A stretch of DNA of 64,000 bases from Chiloscyllium plagiosum. Lineage: Eukaryota. Below are positions 26,626 to 39,085 of the stretch, piece after piece. Location: the NCBI RefSeq assembly GCF_004010195.1, contig NC_057718.1:73270533-73334532 (forward strand), read 5' to 3'. The notes below the pieces were generated by a model, which had not been told where the DNA came from, did not search any database, and saw nothing but the letters and a program-made list of their open reading frames with translations. Both the position numbers and the translations under genes were made by a program. Every line of letters starts with the position of its first letter. Positions within the stretch are counted from its first letter, which is position 1.

Positions 26626-27956
26626 TGTGGCTGGATTGCCCACTCAAAATGATGGTCTTATGGAAAAGGGACAATAAAATGAGGCATGCTGAGAAATTGA
26701 GGCAAGCCTTGGCCAAAGCGACTGCGCTCAAAGACACTGAAAAAAACAAGCTGCAGAACCTGGACAGGCTACAGCTACAGGCAGACAGTACACAATTGAC
26801 TCAGCAGTTGCAAACAAGACAATATCCTCTTGAATTCGAATTGAATGGAATTAACCTGAAAGCTATCCTCAAGACAATCAGCAACATCGAGTTGTTTGCC
26901 AGACAAAAGGATGATTCACACTCTTATTTGGAAAGGGCTACCTGACCAACATGGCCCCAACACCTCCAGGAATGAATGCCCATGGGCCACCTTATCATTG
27001 ACATATAATCGATATAATCGTCCAGTTGGGTCCGATCAATCAGGGTGATCAGGTCCAACCACACAGGATCAATGTGGATTTCACCAGGTTCCCCATTTCC
27101 CCTTCCCCCACTTTATCCCAGTCCCAACCTTCCAAACCAGCACCACTCTCTTGAATGGTCCTACCTGTCCATCTTCCTTCCCACCTATCTGCTGCACCCT
27201 CCTTTCCAACCTGTCACATTCACCCCCACCTTCACCTACCTATCGCATCTCATCTACCTCCCACCCATCCCCCCGTTCCCATTTGCCTGGGCGGCACAGT
27301 AGCTCAGTGGTCAGCATTGCTACCTCACAGCGCCAGGGATCTGGGTGCGATTCCGGCCTCGGGCGACTGTCTGTGTGGAGTTTGCACATTCTCCCCGTGT
27401 CTGCATGGGTTTCAGTTTCCTTTCAAAATCCAAAGATGTGAAGGTCAGGTGAATTGGCCATGCTAAATTGCCCAAAGTGTTAGGTGCATTAGTCAGGGAT
27501 AAATGTAAGGTCAGGGAATGGGTCTGGGTGGGTTACTCTTCGGAGGGTCGGTTTGGACTTGTTGGGCTGAAGGGCCTATTTCCCTACTGTAGGGAATCTA
27601 ATTTCATCTCTCAGACCCCTGGCCCAAAAAACTTATTTCTGATGAAGGACTTATGCCTGAAACATTGAACCTCCTGCTCCTTGGCTGCTACATGACCAGC
27701 TGTGCTTTTCCAGCACCACATTCTTTGACTCTGATCTCTAGCATCTGCAGTCCTCACTTTCTCCTGGTATATGGTCATCCAGAGTTAAACACAAGGTAGT
27801 TGATTAGGTTTATACTGTAAATTGTTAGTTTGTAGTTATTTTGTTGTTATTATACTAATTTTATTAAATAAATAAATATTACTGTTTATTATATTATGAG
27901 TCGACTCGTTTATTATATTAAGAGTCATTTCTTTGCTAGATATAAGAGTTAAAACA
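26626..27956 (+). mobile_element. Putative 3' LTR of the env-bearing element (contains Penelope and SINE insertions)
   Basis: Purine tract AAGAAGAGGGAC immediately before TGTGG; AATAAA near 27870; candidate end ...TTAAAACA where an unrelated LINE begins. Confidence 0.45.
27090..27765 (+). mobile_element. Penelope 3' region with decayed hammerhead (27639-27667) and nested SINE (27289-27602)
   Basis: Pyrimidine-rich PLE 3' region; CTGATGA-AGGAC-TTAT-GCCT-GAAAC; same terminus as 20699-20792. Confidence 0.75.
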
Positions 27957-30900
27957 TACTGTACGGCAGGCACAACACCAGTATGTTCAGCCACTTCTTG
28001 ATATCAAGTGGGGTGAATTGAATTAGCTGAAGACTGGCATCCGTGATGCTGTAGACCTCTGGGTAAGGCTTGGGGTGGATCATTCGCTTGGTACTTCTGA
28101 CTGCAGATGGATGTAAATGCTTCAGCCTTATCTTTGCACTGATTTGCTTGGCTCTCATATCATTGAGGATGGAAATATTTGCGCAGCCTCTTCTTCCTGT
28201 TATTTGCTTAATGGATGTGATAGAACTGCAGAACTTTGACTTGATCTGTTGATTGTGAAATCACTTAGCTCTACTGTTACTTGCGGCTGCCACAGTTTGA
28301 AATGAAAATATTCCTGTATTGTAGCTTTAACGTATTCTATTCATGTCCTGACATCCCCTCCTGTCCTGCTCATTGGACCTGAATTGATTCTCTTTCTTGG
28401 TAGCTCGAGCTCAATGTCAGGTTATGGATAATAGTTAAAAATAATTTTACCATAGATTGCAACCCACAATGCATGTTACATACTCAGTTTTGAGCTGCAT
28501 GATCAGTTCTTAATCCATCGTAATCATGCCACATAACATGATGAACAGAATCCTCAGAGTGATGACAAGGACCTGCAGCAAATCACTCCTACCAATTCTG
28601 GCATGGACAGATAACCGGCAAGGTAGATTGGTGATGGCAAGTTTAATGAGGTTTTTCCTCTCTTGTTGGTTCCCTAAACACTTGGTATAGACCCAGTGTG
28701 GCAGATATATTCTTTAGGAATAGGCCAGCTTAGTTAGCAGTAGAGATGCAAAGTCAGAGCATTTGCAGCAGATTGTCAAGGAGAGTGTGAACAGCCAGAG
28801 TTGCACATAATGGTACCAACAGAATAAATAGAAAAATGGATGAGGTCCTGCAGAGTGGATAAAGGAGTTGGGCAGTGTTAAAAAGTGGGATCTCAAGGTT
28901 AGTAATCTCTGGATTATTCCCAATGCCACACGCTAGTGAGAGTGGGGATAGGAGGATAGGACAGATGAATACATAGCTGAGGAGCTAGTGCAGGGAGCAG
29001 AGATTCAGATTTTTGGATTATTGGGATCTTTCTGGGGCAGAAGTGACCTGTACAAGAAGGACAGGTTGCTCCTGAACTGCAGGGAGACCAATATCCTGGT
29101 GGGGAGATTTGTTAGAGCCGTTTGAGAAGGTTTAAATTTGTCTGGCAGAGGAGTGAGACCATAAACAGTTCTGAGAAGGTTGAGAATAGTCCAGAAATTT
29201 AAGAGATCAAGTTAAATATTCAGGCAGGCAAGAGCATGGTAGGAAATGAAGGAAAATTGATGAATTAAACTGCATTTATTTCAATGGAAGTGGCCTGACA
29301 GGTAACACAGATGAACTCAGGACATGGATGGATACATGGGACTGGGACATCATAGCTATTACAGAAACATGGCTGAGGGAGGGACAGGATTGGCACCTCA
29401 ATGTTCCGGGGTACAAACGCTATAGAGGAGGCAAAAGAGGAGGGGGAGTGGTGTTTTGATTAGGGGCAACATTATGGCAGTACTTAGAGAGGGTATTCCT
29501 GGAAAATTATCCAGTAAGGCTATCAGGGTGGAACTGAGAAATAAGAAGTGGACTATCACTTTGATGGGATTGTACTACAGGCTCCCCAATAATCAGCAGG
29601 AAATTGAGGAGCAAATATGTAAGGAGGTTGCAGATAGCTGTAAGAATAATAGGATTGTAATAGTGGGGATTTTAACTTTCAAAAAATAGGCTTGGACTGC
29701 CATAGTAGAACAAGCTTGGATGGGAAGGAATTTGTTAAGTGTGTTCAGGAAAAAATTCTCAATCAATATGTAGAGGACCATCCTAGAGAAGAGGCAAGAC
29801 TCATCCTTCTCTTGGGAAATGGGGCAGGACACGTGACTGAGGTATTAGTGGGGGAGCACTTTGGGGCCAGAAACAATAATTTTATTAGTTTTAAAATAGT
29901 TATGAAAAACAATAGGTCTGATCCACAAGGTAAAGTTCCAAATTGGGGCATGACCAATTTTGATAGTATTAGTCAGGAGCTTTCAAAAGTTTATTGGGGG
30001 AGGCAGTTCATAGATAAAGAACATCTGGCAAGTGGGAGGCTATCAAAAGGGGACAACATGAGTTCAGGGCCAACATGTTTCTAGTGTGAAGGACAAGGCT
30101 GGCAGGAGTAGCAACACTGGGCGACTTAAGATATGGAGCCCATGATCAAGAAAATGGAGGCATATATCAGGCAAATGGCAGCTAGGATCAATCTCTTGAA
30201 GACTCTGGGGGTATAGGAGTACATTTAAGATGGAAATCAGAAGGGCAAAAAGGTGACACGAGAGAGCTTTGGCTGATAAAATAAAGGAAAATCCAGTGCG
30301 ATCCTATGAGTATGTTAGTTTAAGGTGAGAGGGGAAAGATTTAAAAGGGACTTAAGGGCAGCTTTTTCCTACAGAGGGTGATTTGTGTATGGAATGAACA
30401 GCCAGGGAAAATGGTGAAGGCTGGTACAATTCCAATATTTAAAAGGAATCTGGATGGGTAAATGAATAAGAAGGGTTTAGAGGGATATGGACCAAATATT
30501 GGCAAATGGGGCTAGATTAATTTAGGATTACTGATCAGCATAGATGAGTTGGACCAAAGAAATTGCTTCCATGCTGTACATTTCTATGACTTTATGACTC
30601 CACAGTCAAAAGAGTAATTAGGGAGAGAATACGTCCTTTAAAGATTAACATGATTGTGTATGTGTGGATTTACAGTAGATGGTGATATTCTAAATGAATA
30701 TTTTGCATTTGTATTTCCTGTGGACCTCAGAGGTAAATGTTGATGTCTCGCAAAGAATCCAAATTACTGATGAGGGGTTGCTGAAGTCTGAAAAGAGATA
30801 AAGGTAGATAAATTTTCGGGATCTGATAAACCTGTCCCAGTACAACGGGCAAGGAAAGAAATTGCAGAGCACCTAGCAGAGATAATTGTATCATTAACAG

Positions 30901-31377
30901 CCCACGTGTGAGGTGGCAGAACTCTGGAGGGTGGTTAATCATAGAATTGTCATTTGGCCCATCAAGTCTGTACTGACCCTCCAAAGAGAATCCAAACCAG
31001 ACCCTATAACTCTGCTTTAATCATGGCTAATCCACTTGACTTGCATGTCTACGGACTTCATTTTTGTGTTCTCACAACTAATGTTCTCCCATTATTTAAG
31101 AAAAGCTGGAAGGAAAAGCCAGGGAACTATAGATCGGAGAGTCTAATGTCAGTGGAGGGTAAATTGTTGGAGGAGATTGCGACAGACAGGAACTACATGC
31201 ATTTGGAGAGGCAAGGACTGATTAGGGATTGGGTTTGTGCATGGGAAATAGTGTTTCACAAATTTTATTGGGTTTTTTGAAGAGATGACCAACAAGGCAG
31301 GTAAGGGCAGTGTGGTAGATGTTGTCTACATGGATTATAGCAACGCCTTCAATAAAATACTGTGTGGTAGACTGGTT

Positions 31378-31745
31378 AGAGCAGAAAATTGTTGCTGGAA
31401 AAGCGCAGCAGGTCAGGCAGCATCCAGGGAACAGGAGAATCGACGTTTCGGGCATAAGCCCTTCTTCAGGAATGGAGGGTGTCAGTGGAAGGGTACTGGT
31501 TGGTACGGCGGGAAAGAAAGAAGCGGAGGGCTTTGAGTCCTTCGTGATGAGGGATGGAGGTGTACAGGGACTGGATGTCCATGGTGAAAATAAGGCGTTG
31601 GGGACCGGGGAAGCGAAAATCATGGAGCAGGTGGAGGCCATGGGTGGTGTCCCGAACGTAGGTGGGGAGTTCTTGGACTAAGGGGGACAGGACGGTGTCA
31701 AGGTATGCGGAGATGAATTCGGTGGGGCAGGAGCAGGCAGGAGCA
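31378..31745 (-). mobile_element. Penelope fragment with intact hammerhead core (31442-31469)
   Basis: CTGAAGA-A-GGGC-TTAT-GCCC-GAAA-C-GTC-GA; adjacent PLE coding piece. Confidence 0.8.
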
Positions 31746-32182
31746 GGTTAGTAAGGTTAGATCACATGGGATCCAGGGATAGCTAGCCAATTGGATACAA
31801 AATTGACTTGTTGATAGGAGACAAGGTTGGTGATGGAGGGTTGTTCTTTCAGACTATAGGTCTGAGTCTACAGTTGTTCATCATTTTAAATAAATGATTT
31901 AAATGAGAATACAAGAGATGTGGTTCGTAAGTTTGTGGATAACACCAAAATTGGTTGTCGCGTGGACAGTGAAGGTTATCTAAGAGTACAATAGGTTGTT
32001 GATCAACTGGGCCAGTGGACCAAGGAATTAAAGATGGGGTTTAATTAAATAAATGCGATGTCTACATTTTGGTAAGACAAACCATGGCAGGACTCACAAA
32101 GTTAATGGTAGGGCACTGGGGTTTGTTGTTAATGGTAGGGCCCGGGGTGCAGGTGCATATTTTCTTGGAAATGGTGTTATGG

Positions 32183-32326
32183 ATATGATTCGGAGATGCC
32201 GGTGTTGGACTGGGGTGTACAGAGTTAAAAATCACATACCACCAGGTTATGGTCCAACAGGTTTAATTGGAAGCACACTAGCTTTCGGAGCGACGCTCCT
32301 TCATCAGGTGATTGACAATCACCTGA
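32183..32326 (-). mobile_element. Penelope terminus (second family) with hammerhead at 32276-32310
   Basis: CAC-CTGATGA-A-GGAGC-GTC-GCTCC-GAAA-G-CTA-GTG; ends in the short inverted repeat TCAGGTGATTG-A-CAATCACCTGA. Confidence 0.8.
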
Positions 32327-33859
32327 CAGTGTGGTGAACGTTGGCACGTTTGCCTTCATCAGTTAGAGCATTAAGTACATGAGTTGAGACATCATGTTAC
32401 AGCTGTACAAGACATTGGTAAGTCCTCATTTGGTGTACTGTGTGCTTTTCTGGTAATCCTCCTGGAGGAAAGATGTTGTTAAATTGGAAAGAGTGCAAAA
32501 AAGATTTACAATGATGTTACCGAGACTGGAAGGTTTGAATAATAAAGAGAGGCTGGATAGGCTGGCACGTGTTTCCCTGGGGTGTAGGAGGCTGCAGAGT
32601 GACCTATTAGTAATTTATAGAATCACAACGGGCATAGATAACGTGAATAGCCAAGGTCTTCTCCGCAGGGTAGGAGAGTCCAAAACTAAAGGGCGTAGGT
32701 TTAATGTGAGAGCAGATTGATTTAAAAATGGACCTGAGGTCAACTTTTGCACAAAGAGGGCAGTGTGTACTTGTATTGAGTTGCCAGAGGAAATAGTGGA
32801 GACAGGTACAATTACAACACTTAAAAGACATTTGGACAGGTACACAGATAGAAAAGGTTTAGAGGAATATGGGCCAAATGCAGGCAAATGGGATTAGTTC
32901 AGTTGAAGAAACCTGGCCAGCATGGATTAGTTGGGCTGAAGGTCCTGTTTCCCTGCTGTATCTCTCTATGACTTTCTGACTCTGCCCTGAGTTTAGATAA
33001 TCAGATATGCTGCTGTATCTTTTATCATACTAAAGATAGTTTTAAATAAATAAGCAGCTATTTAGAAACCAAGGATGAAATCTTACCAGGTGCTGAACAA
33101 AGTCTAAGGCAAGAAATTTGAGAGAATCAAATGAGAAGGCAGGAAAGACCTTTCTTGATGTCAAGACCAACAACTTACATTTTCCAAATAAGTTCTGGAT
33201 GGGGAGGTGAAATCTTCACTAGTAAGAGGAGAGAGACCTACTAATGTGCATTATCACTCATTCACATTCTTATTATTACCTAATCTCATCTTCTTGAGAT
33301 GTACTCTATTCTACAACTCCCCCCAGATAGTAACTGGAGGCTAAGAATTCCCAGTATAAAAGTCAAAGTGGGATATGGTGTCTCTAGGTCAGTGCTTTCT
33401 CCACAGGACCTCCATCTTGGACATCTGCACCAGCATTTCAGGTAAAGCTCCACAGACAGCAACTGCATACACAGCATATCCATGGTGCTGGTCTCTGAGA
33501 TATACCAGCCTCTCTGCATCCTCATCATAATTCTCTGATCCATTAGCAATATGCTTTTGTGCTTTAATGCTGCACTTTGAGGTACACTGGCACATATCAT
33601 TGTATGCAGGGACCCATCTAGCTTATTGAATGGAACTGGCTGCATTTTACGGGTTGCTGTTCTTTTGCCATCTTAAAGTTCATTCACTTTGGGTCTATCC
33701 AGATGCTGACAGCATTCTTGTCTTGCTTTGCCTTGCCTTTTAGTGCACACAGAAAGCCAGACAGCATGTCATGATTGTCAGTGATCATTCAAGGGGGTGG
33801 ACATTTTGCCGTCCAGCATCATGCTATGGCGATCTCACAGCCACACCATACAGTCACAG

Positions 33860-35660
33860 ACAGCTATAGCATTGAAAAAAGCCTTTCATGCTTTGGCGTC
33901 ACAAATGTATATCTGAATATCTCTTAAATGTTATATTGGTTTCTGTTTTACTACTCTTCGAGGCAGTGAATTCCAGATTCCCATACCATGACTGAAAATG
34001 TTTTTCCTCCTCTCTCCTCAAATCCTTTTGCCCCTTTCTTAATTCTATGCCCCTGATTGATCCCTCCATCAAAGGGAAATATTTCTTCTTGTTTGCCCTG
34101 TCTATATCACACATAATTTTATACGTCTCAATTAAAGTCATAAAGTCATAGAGTCATAGAGATGTACAGCATGGAAACAGATGGTCCAACTTGTCCATGC
34201 CGATCAGATATCCCAACACAATCTAATCCTACCTGTCAGCACCCAGCCCATATCCCTCCAAACCCTTCCTATTCAAAGACCCATCCAGTTGCAATCATAC
34301 TAGCCTCCACCACTTGCTCTGGCATCTCATTCCATACATTTACCACCTCTGTGTGAAACAGTTGCCCCATAGGTCTCTTTTATATCTTTCCCCTCTTACC
34401 CTAAACCTATGTCCTCTAGTTCTGGACTTCCCCACCCCAGGGAAAAGACTTTGTCTATTTATCCTATACATAAGTCTCATGATTTTATAAACATCTAAAA
34501 GGTTACCCCTCAGCCTCCGATGCTCCAGGGAAAACAGCCCCAGCCAATTCAACCTCTCCCTATAGCTCAAATCCTCCAACATCCTTGCAAATCTTTTCTG
34601 AACTCTTTCATGTTTTACAACATCCTTCTGATAGGAAGGAGACCAGAATTGCACGCAATATTCCAACAGTGACCTAACCAATGTCCTGTACAGCCACAAC
34701 ATGACCTCCCAACTCCTGTACTCAATACTCTGACCAATAAAAAAAGCATACCAAACACCTTTGTCACTATTCTATCTACCTGCGACTCCACTTTCAAGGA
34801 GCTATGAACCTGCACTACAAGGTCTCTTTGTTCAGCAACACTCCCTAGGACCTTACCATTAAGTCTATAAGTCCTGCTAAGATTAAGGGCCCATTTGCCC
34901 ACCTGATCAAGATCTCGTTGTAATCTGAGGGAACCTTCTTCGCTCTCAATTACACCTCCAAATTTGGTGTCATAGTTTGGTACAAACCTACTAACAATAC
35001 CCCTTATGCTCATATCCAAATTGTTTATATAAATGATGAAAAGTAGTGGACCCAGCACCGGTCCTTGTGGTACTCCACTGGTCACAGGCTTCCAGTCTGA
35101 AAAACAACCCTTCACCACCACCCTCTGTCTTCTACCTTTGAGCCAGTTCTGTATCCAAAAGGCTAGTTCTCCCTGTATTCCGTGAGATCTAACCTTGCTA
35201 ATCAGTCTCCCATGGGGAACCTTGTCAAATACCTTACTGAAGTCAATATTGATCACGTCCACCCTCAAACTTTTCTGCTCTAAGGAAAAGAATCCCAGTC
35301 TGTTCAATCTCTTTTCATAATTAAACTCTCTAGCCAAGCCTATGTCCTGCTAAATCTCCTCTGCACCATGGTCTTAAAGTATTTTCTATTACAGGCAAAT
35401 ATAATAATATTCCCCTCTGAACCATTTTATCAACCTGTCCTGATACCTTAAGGGACTGGTGGACATGCACACCAGTGTCCCTCTGATTATTAATGCTTCT
35501 CAGGGTCCTAGTACTCATCATGCATTCCCTGCCTTGTTTGTCCTGCCCAGGTGCACTTATCCAGACTGAATTTCATTTGCCACCGATGAACCCATCTGTC
35601 CAGCTTGTCCATACCCTCCTGTAATCTAAGGCTATCCTCTTCATTATTTACAACCCCAGC
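33860..35660 (-). mobile_element. Nested CR1 3' fragments downstream of HTR1E
   Basis: DFSKVFDKVPH, GVPQGPVLGP and LEYCVQFWSP motifs; (GAGTCATA)n tail at about 34136. Confidence 0.85.
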
Positions 35661-36552
35661 ATGTTGGAGAAGCTTACGCAGCTAACACATTACAACCAAA
35701 TAGCCATGTTCCCAAGTCTAAGGGGAACAGTCCTTTAGTATGGAAGTGCTAGCATAGTAACTCAAAAAAAAGCCTCGAACATCAGTCCAGGTGATTGGGC
35801 CCAGTCAGTCAGCATGCTTAAGGTGATCAGGGTCTGAACCTTCTCCTCATAGAGTGTGAAGGGCAGACAATCAGGCACTCCACTCCATCTTGGTTTGTTC
35901 TGCCCCGGTATGGTTGTTTTCTTCTGTGATGAGTGGGTGGCACAGAAGGCATAGTTCAGTAAAAGCACCTGACAATACCCAACTCAACTTCATTATCACA
36001 TTTATCTAGTCCTCTGTTGTTGCTAAGTTAACAAATCTTTTGTCAACCAACTGGAGATCAGATTGTTCCTCCAATTAAATATTGGAAAGAAGTTATTTTC
36101 TATCCCTCCTCCAAGTGCTATTCCATGGATCCTAATTCCATCCCTTTCCATGGGAACAGTCTGAGATGAATTTAATCTTTTAACGACCTTGAATAAGTTT
36201 CCCCCTCGTCCTTGCTATGAAGGCAATGTTTAAAACCTATCTCTTGGTCACCTGACCTAATATGTGGCCTTATGTGGCTTGGTGTCATATTTTGTTCTAT
36301 CATGCTGTTCTGCAGCGCCTTGGGAAATTTTTAAAGGTGCTTTGTAAATTGTAATTTCATTGCAAGAGAGAAACAGTCGCTTTAGTAATTTAAAACATTT
36401 TCCAGACTTCAGAAGATACTAATATAACAAAAAAGCACCGATACAAATAAAAAAAGCTAATTTAATGTTCTTTCAACAACTGCAAAAACAAATACTCAAA
36501 TAATAAAAGCACATTCTGTATAAGACATGTAACCCCCTTGTTCAGGGAATCT

Positions 36553-37641
36553 TTAACCATGTTTTTTGCATCTTATAAGCTTCCGGAAGGCTAACTTGAA
36601 ATCTTCATTGAAACTTGTGTACAAGAGAGGGTTAATTAAAGAATTGATATAGCCTAACCAAGTTAAAAAATCAGCAACTACTGGAGAAACGACACAAAGG
36701 TGCAGTCCCACACAGAGCTCTTTGATGAAAAAGGGCAGCCAGCAGATAATGAAAGCCCCAAGAATGAGTCCCAAAATGCGAGCTGCTTTCCGTTCCCTTG
36801 AGTTAGAGATTTGCTGGCGCTCTTCCATACTCCCCTGCCCATTTTCGAGTGTTGGGACCCTGACCATCAGGTGATCATTGTGAAACTTCAGTGCAGGTTC
36901 AGAGTTGTGTAGATCAGATACACAAAAGGTATGTGTCAGATTATAGCTCATGTAGATTTGGCTTTCACTGTTGCGACCAGTAAAGTGGCGGCTGGAACCA
37001 CGTTTCTGGTAAAGGTTCTTGGCAGCATGGTAGATACGGTAGTAAAGGATGAGAATTAAAGCTGATGGAATGTAAAAAGCTCCAAATGTTGAATAAATGG
37101 TGTAGATCACAAGGTCATGCTGAATTATGCACTTTTTCCCTGTAGAGTTAACATTGTGGCTCCTCCAAAACAGGGGTGGCATGGATATGAAAACAGAAAT
37201 AGTCCATACAGCCAGTATCATGACTCCCGCACGCTTGGCAGTCCTTTTTGGAGCATATTCTATGGCATCCGTGATGGCCCAGTATCTATCCAGAGCAATC
37301 ACACACAGATGAAGGATTGAGCATGTACAGAATGTCATGTCCAAACTCAACCATGCCTCACAAACAATGTAACCCAAAACCCAAGCATCAGTGGTAATGT
37401 ATATAATACTGATAGGCATTACTAGAATAGCAACAAGGAGGTCTGTCAGAGCTAGGGAACATATGAGATAGTTTGCAGGTTGGTGCAATTTCTTTGTAAT
37501 ACAAATAGCAACCATTACAGCAGAATTCAACAAAGTTGCTAGAATTGCAATTAAAGACAGAATTGAAGCAATAGCAGTCCTTTCAGTAAACGTTTTGGAT
37601 CGTCCTTGACATGATTCATTTGTGGAGTTTGAGAAGCTCAT
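36553..37641 (-). CDS. HTR1E: 5-hydroxytryptamine (serotonin) receptor 1E, intronless CDS, 362 aa
   Basis: Intact 7-TM class A GPCR with TM3 Asp (WLSLDMT), DRY, CWLPFF and NPLLY. Segments KKLHQPANYLICSLA, AAKNLYQKRGSSRH, TFCVSD, ERQQISNSRERKAARILGLILGAF and FNEDFKLAFRKLIRC match 5-HT1E rather than 5-HT1F. The ATG has A at -3. Confidence 0.95.
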   Translation of the reverse strand: MSFSNSTNESCQGRSKTFTERTAIASILSLIAILATLLNSAVMVAICITKKLHQPANYLICSLALTDLLVAILVMPISIIYITTDAWVLGYIVCEAWLSLDMTFCTCSILHLCVIALDRYWAITDAIEYAPKRTAKRAGVMILAVWTISVFISMPPLFWRSHNVNSTGKKCIIQHDLVIYTIYSTFGAFYIPSALILILYYRIYHAAKNLYQKRGSSRHFTGRNSESQIYMSYNLTHTFCVSDLHNSEPALKFHNDHLMVRVPTLENGQGSMEERQQISNSRERKAARILGLILGAFIICWLPFFIKELCVGLHLCVVSPVVADFLTWLGYINSLINPLLYTSFNEDFKLAFRKLIRCKKHG

Positions 37642-37809
37642 TGTTTAATGTCCAGAACACAAATGCTTACAATTTCCAAAACATGGCAGAAGATTTCCAC
37701 TGTTTCTTTTGTCAACTGAAGAGTGAGTTTAATTATTATTACTTCAACGTCAAAGTCCTGAGTGTTCTTCACAATCTTGTTTTTGTGTAACATCGACAAA
37801 ATAATTTTC

Positions 37810-37841
37810 CTAAAAGAGAGAAAAGAAAAACCCAATTAGTA
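37810..37841 (-). promoter_or_regulatory. 3' splice acceptor and branch point of the HTR1E 5'-UTR intron
   Basis: Minus strand reads TACTAAT (branch point, 37841-37835), then a polypyrimidine tract TTTTTCTTTTCTCTCTTTT and AG|G. The exon would start at 37809, 168 nt before the ATG. Confidence 0.8.
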
Positions 37842-38369
37842 TAAATTTATTTTGAGACAAAATGGACACAGTTTTCTTGGTGTTTTGATGCTGAGTTACC
37901 AGTTAGACCTGATAACTCTTTTTTTCCCAAAACTCTGCCTGACATACTCAGCATGATTTCTGACAGCAAAGCATGACTTTGAATGTGCCCTTTGGCACGT
38001 TTTATGAATTTGTGCACATACAAATCCATTATTATCATCAGAGATGCAAAGTCCTACAGATTGATTTTGTGTTTACACAGATCATACAGTTTTCTTGTGT
38101 AAATCTGCAAGTTTGCAATGATACCATTGTGCAAGTATATACCTCCCTTGTGATAACATCACTAGATATGCATATATGAAGTTAAACTTAGTGACAGTCT
38201 CAAACTCTTTTGAGACTGTCCAAAATGACTGTATGAGAAATGTTGAAAATCATTTAAAGTGAGAGTGCCGGTGCATGACTGTCACCTTATTCCACTTATT
38301 TACCTATCTGCATTGTACATACTTTCAGATCTTTATATGCTACATGAATGAGTTTGCATGACTTTAAAC

Positions 38370-38684
38370 GGGTGGCACGGTGGCACAGTGGTTAGCACTG
38401 CTGCCTCACAGCGCCTGAGACCCGGGTTCAATTCCCCCCTCAGGCGACTGACTGTGTGGAGTTTGCACATTCTCCCCGTGTCTGCGTGGGTTTCCTCCGG
38501 GTGCTCTGGTTTCCTCCCACAGTCCAAAGATGTGCAGGTCAGGTGAATTGGCCATGCTAAATTGCCCGTAGTGTTAGGTAAGGGGTAAATGTAGGGGTAT
38601 GGGTGGGTTGCGCTTCGGCGGGTTGGTGTGGACTTGTTGGGCCGAAGGGCCTGTTTCCACACTGTAATGTAATCTAAAAATCTA
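38370..38684 (+). mobile_element. HE1-like V-SINE in the HTR1E intron
   Basis: Complete element; TAAAC flanking repeat. Confidence 0.95.
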
Positions 38685-39085
38685 AACCTGGTGTTCATTT
38701 TTGCTGTAAAAGTGAATTAGATGATCCTTTGTCATCCTTTGCCTTCTGTCCGCCAATCTCTACCACTGGTTACATTTCTCTGCCTCTAATAATGGACATA
38801 TTTTAGACAAATTAGTTATTCGTGCTTTTCCTAAATCCTAAGTATGGCTTCCACTGCTGTCCTTATTTTTTGGACCATTCTTAAAACTATTCATAATCAA
38901 AATATTGAAGATGCTAGAAATTTGAACTAAAGTAATCAATAGGTCAAGATGATATCTGTGGATTTTTTGACATTAAATTTGAAATCTTAAAACTGTACTT
39001 TTCATGTTTTTTTAACACAACTATTTCTATTTCTCTGCCGTTACCCGAATTTTAGTAATCTCCAAAAATTAGTGCAGTGATTATC

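Larger units (their letters stand above)
28745..32985 (+). mobile_element. Degenerate long CR1 with nested CR1 3' end (30318-30600), SINE remnant and Penelope fragments
   Basis: Esterase end, EN motifs (ITETWL, YYRLP), PGNYR, VVYMD, ERVQKRFT; CTATGACT tails. Confidence 0.8.

Noticed and set aside
33286..33700. Possible exon or DNA-transposon ORF downstream of HTR1E
   Set aside because: No recognisable motif or consistent splice signals; too degenerate to call.
36553..37641. HTR1F, HTR1B or HTR1D identity
   Set aside because: The N-terminus, ICL3 and C-terminus match 5-HT1E-specific segments.
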